Part shown: positions 40,020 through 54,062 of the stretch, in pieces | How positions within the stretch are numbered: position 1 is the first letter of the stretch | Layout of the letters: each line of letters starts with the position of its first letter | Origin: Octopus sinensis | Lineage: Eukaryota | Direction: 5' to 3' | Assembly (NCBI RefSeq): GCF_006345805.1 | Contig: NC_043006.1 | Span: 85,746,001-85,810,000 of the forward strand | Length of the DNA stretch: 64,000 bases | Notes under the pieces: generated by a model | Database searches by the model: none | Told to the model about the DNA's origin: nothing | What the model saw: the letters and a program-made list of their open reading frames with translations, nothing else | Position numbers and translations under genes: made by a program

Positions 40020-40680
40020 CATCATCATCAATTAACGTCACTTTCCATGTTGGCATGGGTTGGACAGTTTGACTGAGGACTGACAAACCAGGCTCCAATC
40101 TAACCTGGCAAGATATATAAAAATATATATGTAGGTAGGTAGGTAGCTACACTTGTGCAAATGCTTGGATCTATATCTACTTACTGTCAAATTTACTTCG
40201 TTGTTTGAAAAGGAAATCCAGCAGAGCATGCTAGCTTTATTTCTTTCAAGCCTCTGCAAGTCCTCTGTAATCAAAGTCCATGTTTCACTGCCATGTAACA
40301 TAGCTGTATGTACACAGACATCATACAACCTGTCTTTCATTCTGAGAGACTCTTAGTTACCAACAAAGGTAGAAGCTCTCTGAACTTCGTCCAGCCAGTT
40401 CTTTTCCTAGCAACTACATTTTCAGAACTTCCCCCACAACTGCTAACTTGGTCTCCTAGGTAACAGAAGCTATCAACTACTTCTGATTCACTAGAACATT
40501 AGAGGGAACCCGTTGTTTGCATATTTTAGTGCCTGCACATCTGCCACACACAAAGACTATATTCTCCATTAACCTTCCTGTGATACCACTACACCTGTTA
40601 CATATCCAAAGCTTGCACTGGGTACAACATATGGAGTTTCTACCAACTCCCTTCTTACATACTGAGCAGGGCCATCCTCC
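40020..40680 (-). mobile_element. Degenerate RTE LINE fragments (PHD-like Cys cluster, RT thumb, 3' tail)
   Basis: WPCSVCKKGVGRNSICCTQCKLW...CGRC, EVVDSFCYLGD, MLHGSETW motifs. Confidence 0.75.
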
Positions 40681-40809
40681 CAGAATGTAATTTTATATTT
40701 TATTTCTTATTTGATTGGATAGGGGCACAAAAAGATTATCTAGTGGGATCCCTTCAATGTTAAACTCAGCCCTAAATAAATACAGAAAACTAATAAAAAT
40801 GAAATTTAC

Positions 40810-40931
40810 CTGTAAGAATCGCCATCTCTATTGTAGTCACATAGAAGATAATCACGTCCTGTAAGCTTGTCACTAGCTACTTTTAATGGTTGATCAACAG
40901 AAGAAAGTAAATCTTCACATAGAGCTGGTGC
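40810..40931 (-). CDS. CAPZB: CAPZB exon ([41 protein letters not shown])
   Basis: 122 nt, TAG acceptor and GTAAAT donor. Contains the CDYNRD signature of capping protein beta. Confidence 0.97.
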
Positions 40932-43900
40932 CTAGTAGAAACAAAAGAAAAGGTGTATTACATTTACTATCCTCATCAATTAAAGATTAAAATACATAAA
41001 AGAAGAAAATCTGATTTTAATCATAAATAAGCAAAAATATATATTTTTATGCATTTCAGCCAGAGACTGTGGCCATGGAAGGGCACTGCCATATAAATAT
41101 AATCAATAAAAAAAGAATAATGGTACAGGCTAATATTTTTTTTAATACTTAGTCTTAGAAATAGGGAAAATGCTCAGACTTTACAGAATCTTCCCCGAGT
41201 GGTGAAATCAATGAGACTGATGATTAACTTTTAAAAAATCTAAATATTTGAGATAAAAGCATCATTTAAAACTGCTTTCTGTGTATCATACTAAATGTAT
41301 ACACTGTAGACTTATCAATGTTCATCTCACTCCAATAGAGTTTTTAACACAAGTCTATGAAGATATTTTTACTTCAGACAATTTCACAATATCAAGTATT
41401 CTAACAATCTGTATAGTATGATATACATATAGCAATTTTAATTTAATACAGATTCGATTGTATACACATAGCTAACCATCATTTTGTTTAGAATTGAGGA
41501 ATTTCTATTTCAAATCCAGTCTGAGACATTTACCCATATTTTTAGAGAGTATATTCAAAATATGTCTTTACAATATGTATTTACAAAATATGTCTTCAGA
41601 TTAAGTGTTGGTGAAGAGTGAGTTTAAAGGTTACAGTTCTAGCAAAGGAAGAGTTTCTTAGATGGAGACACACATGTGGTACACCACTTGTTGTGTCAAG
41701 AAACAGAAGAATACAGACCAAGAAAGCATGCTGTCATGCTATCTTGTTCTATATTCTACAGGCTAATCTATCAAATGGCCTTTTTCCAATGTAAATTGAA
41801 ATATTTATTCAGCCATGGAAATTAATATTTTAAATCACATTTGTTATGTGGTCATAGAAATAACTATTTATATTACATGTGTCATGTGGCTGTGGACATG
41901 AATAATGAAATCAACATATCCTGATTGTTAAGACAGATTTCATTGAAGTTGGTAGCATATAATTGTATAATTTCTTAATAATTAGTGTACTTGCCAAAGG
42001 CAAGAAAGTTGCATGCTCTACCCAAAGACACAGCCAAAAGGAAGTTTTAAAATAAGTGGTAATACATCTTTGCAAGAAGTAAATATTTAGAATTTTAGAA
42101 AGTAAATAAATATTTCTAACTTTCAGTTATAAACATTACACATTTAAAGCTAAAGTAAATGTGTGAATCCTGCATGAATTAGTAAACAGTGCTGCTGATT
42201 GAAATTTTCTAGAGAATTATAAGCTTTTGTTGTATATTGGCAACAGAAAATAGTCTAACACTAGTGCCTAATATTAGACTATTTCCTGTAGTCAATATAT
42301 AGTGAAGGCTTATAATTATATTTACAAAATATCAAAGTAAATTTTAAGCTATCCTACATGATAATGGATACATTACAACTAATTCATGAATGATTTTTGT
42401 AATAAACAGATAAATCAGAATGAGTAAAATTGTAATTTGGTAAGTTTTATGGAATTTAATTGGACAGAGTAAATGCTAATGCAATGAGTAAAACTCAGTT
42501 CACAGAAGAGAGATTGGCAGAAGCAAAGGAAGACAAGCGAACTAGTTTGACAGACTAAAACAGAAACAGTAAGCCTGAGAGATGGACACAGAAGCAGACA
42601 GATAGAAAATAACGCAAGGCAAAATGACATCTTGTAGAGTATCTGTATATTTAAGCCATCAAGACCATTATTGTGGTAAAATAAGTGAAATAAAAATGTA
42701 AAACTAAAATTGGTGATTCTTCAAACTACTTAGAAATTTGTTAATTTGTTAATGGTTTTCCTTAATATGTCATACAAAGTTTTAATTACCACACTGTACT
42801 TCAATAAATTTTTAATATAATCAAAATTTTGAAATGGTTTAGTAACAACTTTGACTATATATTATGTGAGTGTTGACGAAATGAAACTTCATATCATTCT
42901 TGTTAACTGAAATAATACTGTAATATGAATAGATCCAGATAGGGTGGTATTGAAAATATTAAACTTATATAAATAAAGACACCCAAATATATTCTAATTC
43001 TTATTTTGAAATATGAAACATGGTTTAGTTTATTAAGCTATTAAAATGGTGGAGTTAAAGTATCAATATGCAGACAAAGAAGAAATGTGGGAAGAGATTA
43101 TTATTTTTATATATATGCACACACACACTGTAACTTATACCTTGATTTCCTTGTTACAAATAGTGAAAAATAGTCCAGCGCTCTTCTAATAGCAGGCATA
43201 CTCTTTCAACAGGTAGAGGCTATTAATAAATACCTTTGTTCAGTTAGTCTACAAGAAAGAATCATATTCAGGCCTCCATATCCTTATAGTGGAGTGCATT
43301 CATAAGTATGCATAGCTACAGGCTATGAATTGGTTTTCCATAGCAGAGTTTGGCTGGTGAAGCCTATACCTTCTTGCATGCATTTCAGTCTAGCATCATC
43401 TCATTTGTAAGCATCACAAACTTTTAATTAGTGTACTATTGGTTATAAATAACATTAATCAATATCTATTTTATGTACCCTCATGAAATTAACACCCAGC
43501 TACTAAAACATTTAGGAAACTCCCTAACCTTTATTTCCAAGTGAAGATCAACAAGCTATCCTCTCAAATATATAAATCCTGTAGTTAAAAATATTATGAC
43601 ATAAACTGATGTAAAAGAAAATTAGAACTTTAACAGTTGAGTTGGTTGAGAATCAGTTATGGAACTGAGTATCAGATGTCCACAACTGCCAACCTTTATC
43701 TCACTTGTCATACCACTCCCTTCCTCAATATCAACCCTGACACTGATCGTTCCAAGCTAAACCTATTCACTTTAGCAATTGTCTCATATCTCATTTTAAA
43801 GGCATAAGCCTCCACACCTCACTCAATTTCCAACAATTCACATTCATCATCATCATCTACACTAGCCATGTCAAACAGTAGAGTCTATGGACTGCAATGC

Positions 43901-44521
43901 TAACAATTTTTAACACTCATTAACAAAGATTTCGGTCATATCAATTTTTTATGAAGATCTTTGAAAACGTTTTATTTGTTTACCAATAATTCAACGTTTA
44001 TTGTTTAAATTACTATAGATTATTTTTATCATTAAAAATTCTTTTAATTCCCTCATCTGTACTAATTTCATTAAGCTATTCCAAACCCTCAAACTAAGAA
44101 AACTTTTAAAAGCTGGTGGAGGTAAAGAATACATACACATCCCATTTTCGGTGTAACAAAAGTCACTGGGTGTACATATTCTTTACTTTCACCTAAAACC
44201 TTATATAGTCTGATGTTCCACTTCAAATAAACATATTAATAGAAAAAACAAGTTTCTTAAAGAAGAATATCTTAACTCCTATGTTAAAATATCTTTGTCT
44301 AAGAGAAACAACAAAGGCAATACAGGATTTTGGAAGTTGTAATGGTTTTAAACCCAATCACCTAAAGCTAATTATATAAAATGTTTAGTGTATAACCAAC
44401 TTTAAACAACTCTGAGACAAAAATCTTAGAATAGCAAAATTCTAAAGTAGGTATCATGAAGCTGTTATCAAACCACTTTATTCTCAACACAAGTAATAAA
44501 AGTATTAAATCCATTACTTAC

Positions 44522-44611
44522 AATATCTATAAGTGCACTTAAATTTTCCTCTATTTGTTGTGGCGGCAGTCTACGCATCAAATCTAATGCGCAGTCCAAC
44601 TGTTGTTCCGT
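44522..44611 (-). CDS. CAPZB: CAPZB exon 2 ([30 protein letters not shown])
   Basis: 90 nt, polypyrimidine-CAG acceptor and GTAAGT donor. Needs an upstream exon to supply ATG. Confidence 0.96.
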
Positions 44612-47600
44612 CTGTAACAAAAAAATAGGAAAAAAACTGTCAAAATCAACATTTAAGATACTGTTTTTCAAATTTTCACAGAATCTAAAAGAAATCAGTT
44701 TGGTAGATTGGGTAATTAGCCCATTAAAACTTAGTAAAATTTCTGAGATTGTTTACCTGTTTTTAATCTAATTACAATGATAAGCTAATTACAATGATAA
44801 TTAAAATGGAAAGCATTCTTTCAAAGTGTTAGCAAAAAAAAATGTAAAGTTATATGCAAAGTTATTTAAAAAACTGGAAAAATTTTACAATAACAAGAGG
44901 ATCTTTTTTTAATATTGAAAATAAAAAGAATTTAAAGAAAATATAAATAGCACCAAAATTATACAAATAAACAATAAAAGAGAAAGCACATTCTTTTCTC
45001 CATAACAGGCAACTAATTTGTCAGTATCTTGTGATGCTTTAACTAAGTTACTCTTAGATGGCATGTAACTTCACATGATCAGCATCGGGAACAGTCAACA
45101 CTAATCACTATATTTATATGGTGGGAATTCCAGAAGACCAATGTTCAAAAGTGGAGGAAGGACTGGGAATACTGGTTAGTCAAGCGCCCGGTGGAGTAGA
45201 GTAGACACAATGTGGATGATAAAAAGAGGTACTAGCAGTATCCTGAGGGGTACTGACATGTTACCAGCAAGTTCCGAGAATCAAAGATCACTGTAGAGTT
45301 TGTAGAAAAGGTAGATAAGAGACAAGTCTACAAGCAAGAGGATGGACAGTGTTTGTGAGTGACTTCACCATCCTAGATATGGGAGTTGTACCTTGTGGGT
45401 TTCACCTCAACTTTTAAGAGATTCAGTAGTTATGGGCAAAAGTATCTTCTGGCTCTGAAGGAGAAGTTCAGTCTTTATTATGTTGAGCAAGTGTGTTTGC
45501 CAGGAGAGAGGCGATGCATTATCATCCCAAATGACCTCTGCTTGATGGTAAGGCCTAGCATTTGAAGTGATTGTAACGGTTCTATTTGTGGGATGTTCAT
45601 ATTGAGAGAGGATGAGAAAAATCCTGTTTTCATGCTGCTGATTGTACCTGTCAGTACAGATTTAATGCAAGATCTTCAGGTTACACATGAAATAAATATT
45701 AGGTATGGAAGGTTAGGGAAGAATAAAAGTGAATTTTATCAGCTGGGGTACTGCTGGGTATGATGGTAGGAAGTTGATGTATAAAAAGGAAGAGTGTAGG
45801 AGACAACTGAACCTTCGGGTATAACAGAATTGATGAAGTGGATCAGAGAAAACATTAGCACAAGCCATGTTTGTGTAACCTGACAGAAAGCACCAATGTA
45901 ACTCATTAGCATTCAAAACTGGTCATGTCCAGCCTAAATATTTAACTTGTTTTATGTTCAAACTAGCCAGATCAAGCCTCTCCTACCTATTCTACAATGT
46001 CCTTCAAAAAAAAAAAGCAATCACATCATTGAAATTGAAGCTATGAGATAATTAAAAACAATGTGAATAAATAAACATTACATTTGACAGAACCTGAATA
46101 CCAAAGGTCTACAAAACAAAAGACAGGTGCTTTCTTTAATCATATAAATTCTACATATTTCAACTCCATTTTCAAATATATTATGCCAAAACAGGCATGG
46201 TGCCCAGGCAGCTCTTCAGCTGGCCAGCTCCTGTCAAACCATCCAACCCATGTCAGTATGGAAAATGACATTAAATGACAATGATTTTGAGAAAAAGTGA
46301 TTCCATTGTTTCATTCAGCTCTATCATACAAGACAGGAACATTTAAATCCAAATAGAAATGATTTGCTCCATTTTTACCACAGCCTGGAATGGACAAATC
46401 TCCCCGAGTTAATGACTAAGTCAGCTTAATTCCCATACTTCTAAAAGCATCAATCAATAAGTCAAATTTTGTTACAAATAACAGTTCTATATTACTAAAT
46501 GCAAAGAAATAAAATAAAGTTGGAAACCAAATACAGTACAGACTAAACTTTTTCAATAACTACTATTTGTCATCCTCAAGAGTAGAGAATCTGATAAAAA
46601 AAATGTGACAGAAAGCAAAATGTAGATAAGTTTGGATATTCAAACATTATGAGACATCAAAAGCAGTATATATAAAATAAGAAGCTTTACTGGGAAATTA
46701 AGAAATTTAGCAAGTAAAAATATGAAATGCTTGCTCTACTAGTTATATATTAAATCACCCAAACAACCACACACACATGTGCATAAATGCATGCTATATT
46801 TTTCATTCAATTTACCAGTAAGTGGTAAGATCTGAAAATAAAACATTGATATATGCAACCTGTTGTATTCAGAATAAAATATTTATTTTCCTTGCTTTCA
46901 TCTGAAAGACACCTTCTCATTTTACAGTTGAGTGGTTAGCAATGGTAAAAGTATTAGTTCCAACAATATATAAATAAAAATATTGATGACATAAGTCTTT
47001 TCCAAAGAAATATAACTGATGTGCAGAAATGCCAGCATTGTGCAGTATCTCAAACAGATGCATTTTTAACTAAGTACAATAAGGAGGTACAGTTCACCAC
47101 TGTAGACAGTAAGGTTTTTGAATAAATATATTTTATTCTGACTTCTTTGTTTTTCTTTCGTTTAGCCCTAGGTCTGCTCCAACTGAACAGAACAATGATC
47201 AGAGGCATTTCAGCCATGACCATCGTATATTTTTCCCCAGACAGTTTATTTACCACTACATTATCAGGTTTTTTTTTTTCTAACAAACAGTGTGATCTTA
47301 GGAATATCTGAGTTATTTCTAACACATCAAGCAACCAGAGACTTCACATCGGCTTGATGAGTTTTTCATAGTTCATTCAGCTAAACTCCAATCTTTTCAA
47401 AGACCAATAAAAACAAATAAAAAAGGAGAAATCTTCTCCAGCACATCCTTTCCAGAAAATCTAGTTCCAACTGCTGCTAGATCACCATGTGCTTATGTAT
47501 CATACCAATACACAATGATTTTGAAAACAAAAATTAAAATTTCTCAGTCTTAGTTTCAGATCAACCAACTGAAATATAAATAGAAAACATATCAACACAA

Positions 47601-48587
47601 AGTATAATTTCTGGACTTTTAGAGAAAAAAAAAATTAAGCAATAGCAGCTGATATGTTCTAATGTTTTTACATATACTTAAGGTATTAGTCATGAAAGTG
47701 AAAGGGTTCTAACAGACTACTAACTGGTTCAAATTTAGTTCAAGATCTTATGACTACAGAGATTCAATCAAGTCACATGATTTGTCTCCACAAAATAGAA
47801 AGCCAATTTTGATATTATCTGAATAAACTTCAATATCTGACTGGTATTCATTACAAAATTGAAAAAAAAATTTAACTGGGGAACAGATATTTTCTACCAT
47901 TTGCACCAGAATTACCCCACCAATCTAACAATCATTAATTCCTCTTTAGCTCAAAGCCAGATTTTATAAGAGTAATAATCTGTGACAAGATGTATATCAA
48001 ATCTTTTCTTTAATAGACTGTCCACAGCAAATAGTATTGATATGAAAGGTTAATATTGTTACTGACCACCAAAAGGTTGGCTTTATAGGGGAAAGCAGAT
48101 TCAATGACAGCAGCCAACCAGTTATTCAACTGACTCATATGAAAAGACAGCTAGAACACAACTTACAAACTCCAAGTCAATGACTCAGCTGACAGAATCA
48201 GAAGTGAGGGAGACCTACTTCAATCAAGTGTCATGAGTAGAAAGGTATCATAGTAATTGAATGACTGGGGTACCACTGTCAAAATAGTTAGCATTCATAA
48301 GAAAGGATTGAAAGTTACAAATATGTTAGCTATTTATGCAGTTCATTTCCAGTTAAAATAAGGTATATTGCTTTATAACTTGGTAACACTTTCTGAACAA
48401 GTCAACTGTGACTAACAACCGACTTCAACCCTTTTTATACCAACCCACATAGGACCATCCTTGCCCTCTATGATTCAAATCACCTTTTTTAAGATAATCT
48501 AAATTTTACCTTCTATTAAAATATCTTTATATCCCAAACACCAACTTAATGACAATATTTTTACTAAATACTTCATTATTTTCAGAA

Positions 48588-48629
48588 TTGTGAGTGGATT
48601 TGGTAGACAGAAACTGAAAGAGGCCCGTC

Positions 48630-48661
<32 letters not shown>

Positions 48662-48877
48662 ATACATTTGTGTGTCTATGTTTGCGCCCGCAACATCACT
48701 TGACAACCGATGCTGGTGTTTACGTCCCCGTAACTTAGCAGTTCGGCAAAAGAGACCGATAGAATAAGTACTAGGCTTACAAAGAATAAGTTGTGGGGTC
48801 GATTTGCTCAACTAAAGGCGGTGCTCCAGCATGGCCACAGTCAAATGACTGAAACAAGTAAAAGAGTAAAGAGAAAA
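48588..48877 (+). mobile_element. SINE 3' portion nested in a piggyBac-type MITE (~48429-49012)
   Basis: GTGGATTTGGTAGACAGAAACTGAAAG...GAAACAAGTAAAAGAGTAAA family, with many degraded copies in the window. The MITE ends ...AAAAGGG|TTAA. Confidence 0.65.
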
Positions 48878-51800
48878 AGTAATTAACTGAAACAAAGGCA
48901 GTGTATTCCAACAGAAATTTGGTAAGAAAAGGGTTCTGCTAAATTCATTATTTTCAAAATTAATAGAAATAAAGGCAGTGTATTTCAATAAAGATTTAGT
49001 AACAAAAGGGTTAAACATCTATTTCAATATCTGTTGGACTAGATCATAAGAATATCAGATGATTGCAGAGGGAAAATACCAATATGTCAAGTTGATTTAT
49101 GGCAAGTCTATTAACCTACAGGCCATTGTGGCTATTAAATGCAGTTATACTTAATGGCAGTTATATTTTGTTTATAGTATGGCATTTTGACACCAAAAAA
49201 CAAATCATTTGAGTAAGATTACCAACATAAATTATTTGAAGAATTTTAATCTATTTTAGAATGCGTCAGTTCTATAAGTCATTCTAGATTGAAAATAGTG
49301 CAACATAGGAACAATTAGGTTGAATTTCCTTCAAATATATTTTTAAACACTTGAATTTAGAAAATATGAAGTGTACCCCAAAACTCAAGCCACTGCCAAT
49401 GAATGAAACCAAAATCTGTAAATCACATCTCAACCATCCATATAGCTTAATTGTGAACTCTAATAGTGTAAAGAACTTATTCAACCCACAGGTCAGAAAC
49501 ATTCCAAACTATGTTTAACACAAAATCCTAGACTGCTTTTTCTATTGAAACCTCTCAATACTGTAAGAAGCTAGAGAATTTGACAAAATGCATTCAGCCC
49601 AGTGTAATAAAAAAAATAAATAAAAATAAAGCATAACTATTGCATGAATTTGGATAAAATTTGCAGAGACAATATAATGATTGTTGGTGTGCATTATAAG
49701 GTTTTTATCTATTGAATTTTACTAGTCATGCCCTTTAGTTGATTACACACAATTGTTTCCACATATTTACAAGATACCAATTCCTGGCCAACAGCTTCCT
49801 AATTAAATCATTATTAAATGATAAATGAATCCTTAATAAATAATATCACAAAATTCTAACTCACTGCCATTTAGTTTGCAAACCAAAAGGAGAGAGACAA
49901 AAAGAGGAGAAATTTATCTGATAGAACAGTAAACAAACACACACAATGCAGACAGTTTTAGATGAGGTAAACTGTTCCTCACACACAAGTGTGCCTAGTC
50001 CCAGTTTTTGAACCTCAAGAACAAATGAACTGCAGTTTCATGTGGTCAAAATATCTGCAGTACAGGACTTAACCAGCAAAACCTAAAGGTATGCTACAGT
50101 TACATGACAAATGTAGGGAAAAGTACCAACATTACAGATACTAAGCATCACTAAAGCACCTAATAAGCCCAAGAACCTAGAAATCAAAATTCTTTCAACC
50201 TAGACAGCAAGTAAATGTTAAATACGTTTCTTTCAATAATTTATGTCAAATTTAATCCTTAACATATCAAGTCATGGTCTCACTCTCTGAAGATACACTA
50301 CTTTGTATTTATGCCAACAAAAGATAGTCTTTAAAGGGGTATTACTCAGTTATTTTATTGACCTGTTTATTCAGTGGCTAAATTGCTCTAAGTACTAGGT
50401 CAATATAATTAACTAAAATCTTTGAAAGCAATACCCAACATGGTTACAGCCCAATATTGAAAACTAGTAACAAAATAATTTTAAATAGAGCAAACAATCA
50501 TGGCAAAATACACATCAAGATATGTATAGTTTTACACATTTTTATACACTCTTATGAAAATGGATTTTATATAATCATTCTGGGAATTATTGAAGCAAGA
50601 ATTACAAAAAACACTTTCATTATGAAAGTCAAAGAAACACTTGCCTAGCAGTTTTTTGATCGGAGTGCATGTTGAAACTAAAGGAATTACAGCATAGAAA
50701 ACAAAAATTTAACTTCACATAATCATTATTTGGTGTCAAAATTTTCATTGCATTAACTACAACCTGGTCACTGACAGTTCTACTGCAACACAAAATTTGA
50801 CATCAATAAATGATTAAGTCTGTGTGCTTTTGAATGGCTAATATGGGTCTTCCACATTGTCATTGCATTATGAAGGTGTACTTAGTAAAAAAATTTTTGG
50901 CTTGTTGTTCACCCTCTCATGTGGGATTAAGACTATGTATCTAAGGTAACACAAGGAATCAATTTGTACTATTTACAATTAGACCTTCAAACTTAGTTCA
51001 ACAGAATCCACAACACAGTGCTTTTTTCAGAAGCTAACCTCCCCAGCAAGAGCACTTTTCTCTGGCAAGACAGACAGGTACAACATGAAGCATGTTGTAA
51101 AAATGGAGCATGAAATGCTTAACACAAACAAAAAGTATTAGGAAGAAATTATAGAAAACTGATCCAACTCGAAGCAATAACTGAAAGAAAAGAGAGAAGT
51201 TTGGTTGTTAAAAGAATCTTCGTCCATATTCAAGCCATCTCAGTAAATAAAGTACTGCAACTCTTGAATTGGCTCTATCAGTTTTATATTATAAAAGAGA
51301 AGCAGATCTCCATCTGTCTATTTGTCACAACATAAGAGGGAGGGAAAGAAAAGGAGGAATCAAAATATATATCACAACGACGTATTTTCAGAAGGGGAGA
51401 AGTTGAGAGAGAAATACAGTGAGAAAGACAGAGGGTTGATAGGTATGTATGTAGGTAGGTAGTGTTGCCACCATAGCAACTAACAAGTTTTGATTAAAAA
51501 AAAACACCAGGGAATTTTAAGTGCACATCTGTCAACACAATAACACAGACTTCAAGAAAAGGTTTTATATATACATACACACAATTGCAATGTGGAAGGC
51601 ATTTCTAAGCCATATAAAAACACAAAAAACATTAAATTCACTTCAACATTTAAATTGAGACTGTGACCTGTTTGCTGACAAAATTCCATGCCGCATCTCT
51701 CTTATATATATATATATATATATATATAGCCTTTTTTGTTGTTGTTGTTTGTTTTTCTGTGTCGTTCAACATATAGACAAGCTACAAAGACTTTCACACT

Positions 51801-52254
51801 GAACAATTTATGAAGGTATAGGCATGATTTAACAAAAACTTTCACCAGGCACTGACCTACTCCCATATAAAATGACAACATTAAGTGTTTGTGTGTGTGC
51901 ACGTAAATTACAAATTAAAAGCAGCTCTACAAAATGTAAACATTATTGATAGCATATACACAATGTGTTTCGTTTACTCACTGAATTTCCTGAGGGATAG
52001 CATTTAGGGATACTCCCTAATAATACTAGGTGTTAAAACACCTGAAAATCATAGACCAGGCGAGACAACTAGCCTTGGATCAAGCATACACTTGGACTGA
52101 ACTGAATCCCCAGTCTATGACTAGACACAGTGTGAAAATAAACTAATGAGGTACATGTACATGTGCAAGTAAATTGAATCACGAATAAAAACTAATGCAA
52201 ACATTACCCATTGTACATATACAATGTGTTTTATGTATTCACTGAATTTCATGT

Positions 52255-52600
52255 GGAATAGCATTTTGGGAGATTTCCCAATAATGCTGGGTGTTAAAAC
52301 ACCTGGGAGAGAGGGAGATAGAGTGAGATAGGCGGAGATAGAGGAAGATTGACGGAATAGAATTTTGGGAGATTTCCCAATAACGATGGGTGTTAAAACA
52401 CCTGGGAGAGAGTGAAATAGAGTGAGATAGGCGGGGATTGGCGGAATAGCATTTTGGGAGATTTCCCAATAATGCTGGGTGTTAAAACACCTGGGAGAGG
52501 AATAGAGTGAGATAGGCGGAGATAGAGCGAGATTGGCGGAATAGCATTTTGGGAGATTTCCCAATAATGCTGGGTGTTAAAACACCTGGGAGAGAAGGAT
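52255..52600. repeat. Four ~90-100-bp tandem units with a conserved 55-bp core
   Basis: GGAATAGCATTTTGGGAGATTTCCCAATAATGCTGGGTGTTAAAACACCTGGGAGAG at ~52255, 52354, 52443 and 52538. Diverged copy at ~51995. Confidence 0.9.
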
Positions 52601-53257
52601 ATAGACAGGGAGAGAGGGAGAGACGGAGATAGACAGAGAGAGCGAGATAGACGGAGAGATAGATCATAGAGAAGAAGATATATTCTTGTGTAGCTTTGTT
52701 CTATTTAGGAAAAATTACGTGAGTGTATAAGGCAGTTCTCAAAAATTCAGCTAAACATTCAGTACTGCAAGAAATTTTAACGCTACTGATAATCTTTCAG
52801 CATTGCTGGAAATTCAAGGAAAATTATCAAATGTCTGTCTCACTCACACAGTTTGTTTAAAGTGTCACGACTTACAATGTTACTTTTATAAATATATATA
52901 TATATATAACATTAATATTAGTCACACCCATAGCTACTTGAAGTTATCTACTATTAAAAATAAAAGCAAAAACAAGCCCTCTCCTATCAACTAATAGTGA
53001 CAGATCCGTAATGGTTAGATTTTGTTACAAAGCTTTCTGACAAAATATTTCTATTTTCAGTCACCACATATCTTTCTAAAGATACGTTTATTCTTAAATG
53101 TTAAAATACACAAGTTTGATTATACTTATAGAAGGTAGTACAACATGGACTACAGCTCTTCCATGACAGCATGGAATAAATATCGAAATGAAACTGATAA
53201 GATTAATTTTGGAAAACAACATGCAGTAAATGATGACTAACAATAAACTGATTTTAC

Positions 53258-53288
<31 letters not shown>

Positions 53289-53506
53289 ATGAGGGGTTTA
53301 GTTTGTGATCTAAACAAATAGGTATGCTAGATAAGTGCTATAGTTGGCTGACTTGTAGGGTCCAAGATCACAGTTAAAGGCTGGATCTAGAGATCCATTT
53401 TAGGGTTCTGTTATAGCAGGTATATATTAGAGGAAAACTCAAAATCAAGGCAAACGAGTATCTCAAGTCATTTAGAATAATTTAATTAAGGTAAGGTGAA
53501 TTTCAA

Positions 53507-53568
53507 ATCTTACAGCTGTTTCTGGTTGGTTAGTATGTCTGTGCACTGAGTATTCCATCTTCAGAGAC
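53507..53568 (-). ncRNA. Minimal type I hammerhead ribozyme-like motif with canonical core
   Basis: Minus strand: GTCT-CTGAAGA-TGG...CCA-GAAA-CAGCTG-TA-AGAT, with palindromic stem III. Confidence 0.6.
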
Positions 53569-54062
53569 AAGGTATGAATATTTTAAATGGGGAAAACTTA
53601 CAGTTTACAAGGAATAAAATTCACAATTTGTAAGAAATAAAATTCAAAAATAAAAAGTAAAAGTAAGAATATTGGCAGGAGAATACTATTCACAACTCAT
53701 TTTTTTCCAGAAGATATTGGTTGGTACTTCCATGAAGGTACTGGTTTTTAGTTAAAATCTCAAGTAATCCAGGCAGTATTTTGGCAGTATTCTGAATGAT
53801 GTATTCATATTATGTTTAGAATATGAAGACATCATTCAGGATACTGCCAAAATACTGCATGGATTTACCTGGAATTCTAACTAAAAACCAGTACCTTCAT
53901 GGAAAAACCAACCAACATCCTCTCGAAAAACATGAGTTGTGAACATTCTCCCACCATTATTCTTACTTTTACTCTTTATTCTTCTATATTATTCCTTATA
54001 AATTGTGAATTTTATTCCTTGTAAACTGTAAATTTTCCTCATTTAAAATATTCATAGCTTGT
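53567..54062. repeat. ~245-bp imperfect fold-back hairpin with a loop of about 10 nt
   Basis: 53567-53810 is the diverged reverse complement of ~53819-54062. Confidence 0.88.

Noticed and set aside
52255-52600. CRISPR-like palindromic repeats with spacers
   Set aside because: The linkers are related low-complexity GA sequences, not unique spacers.
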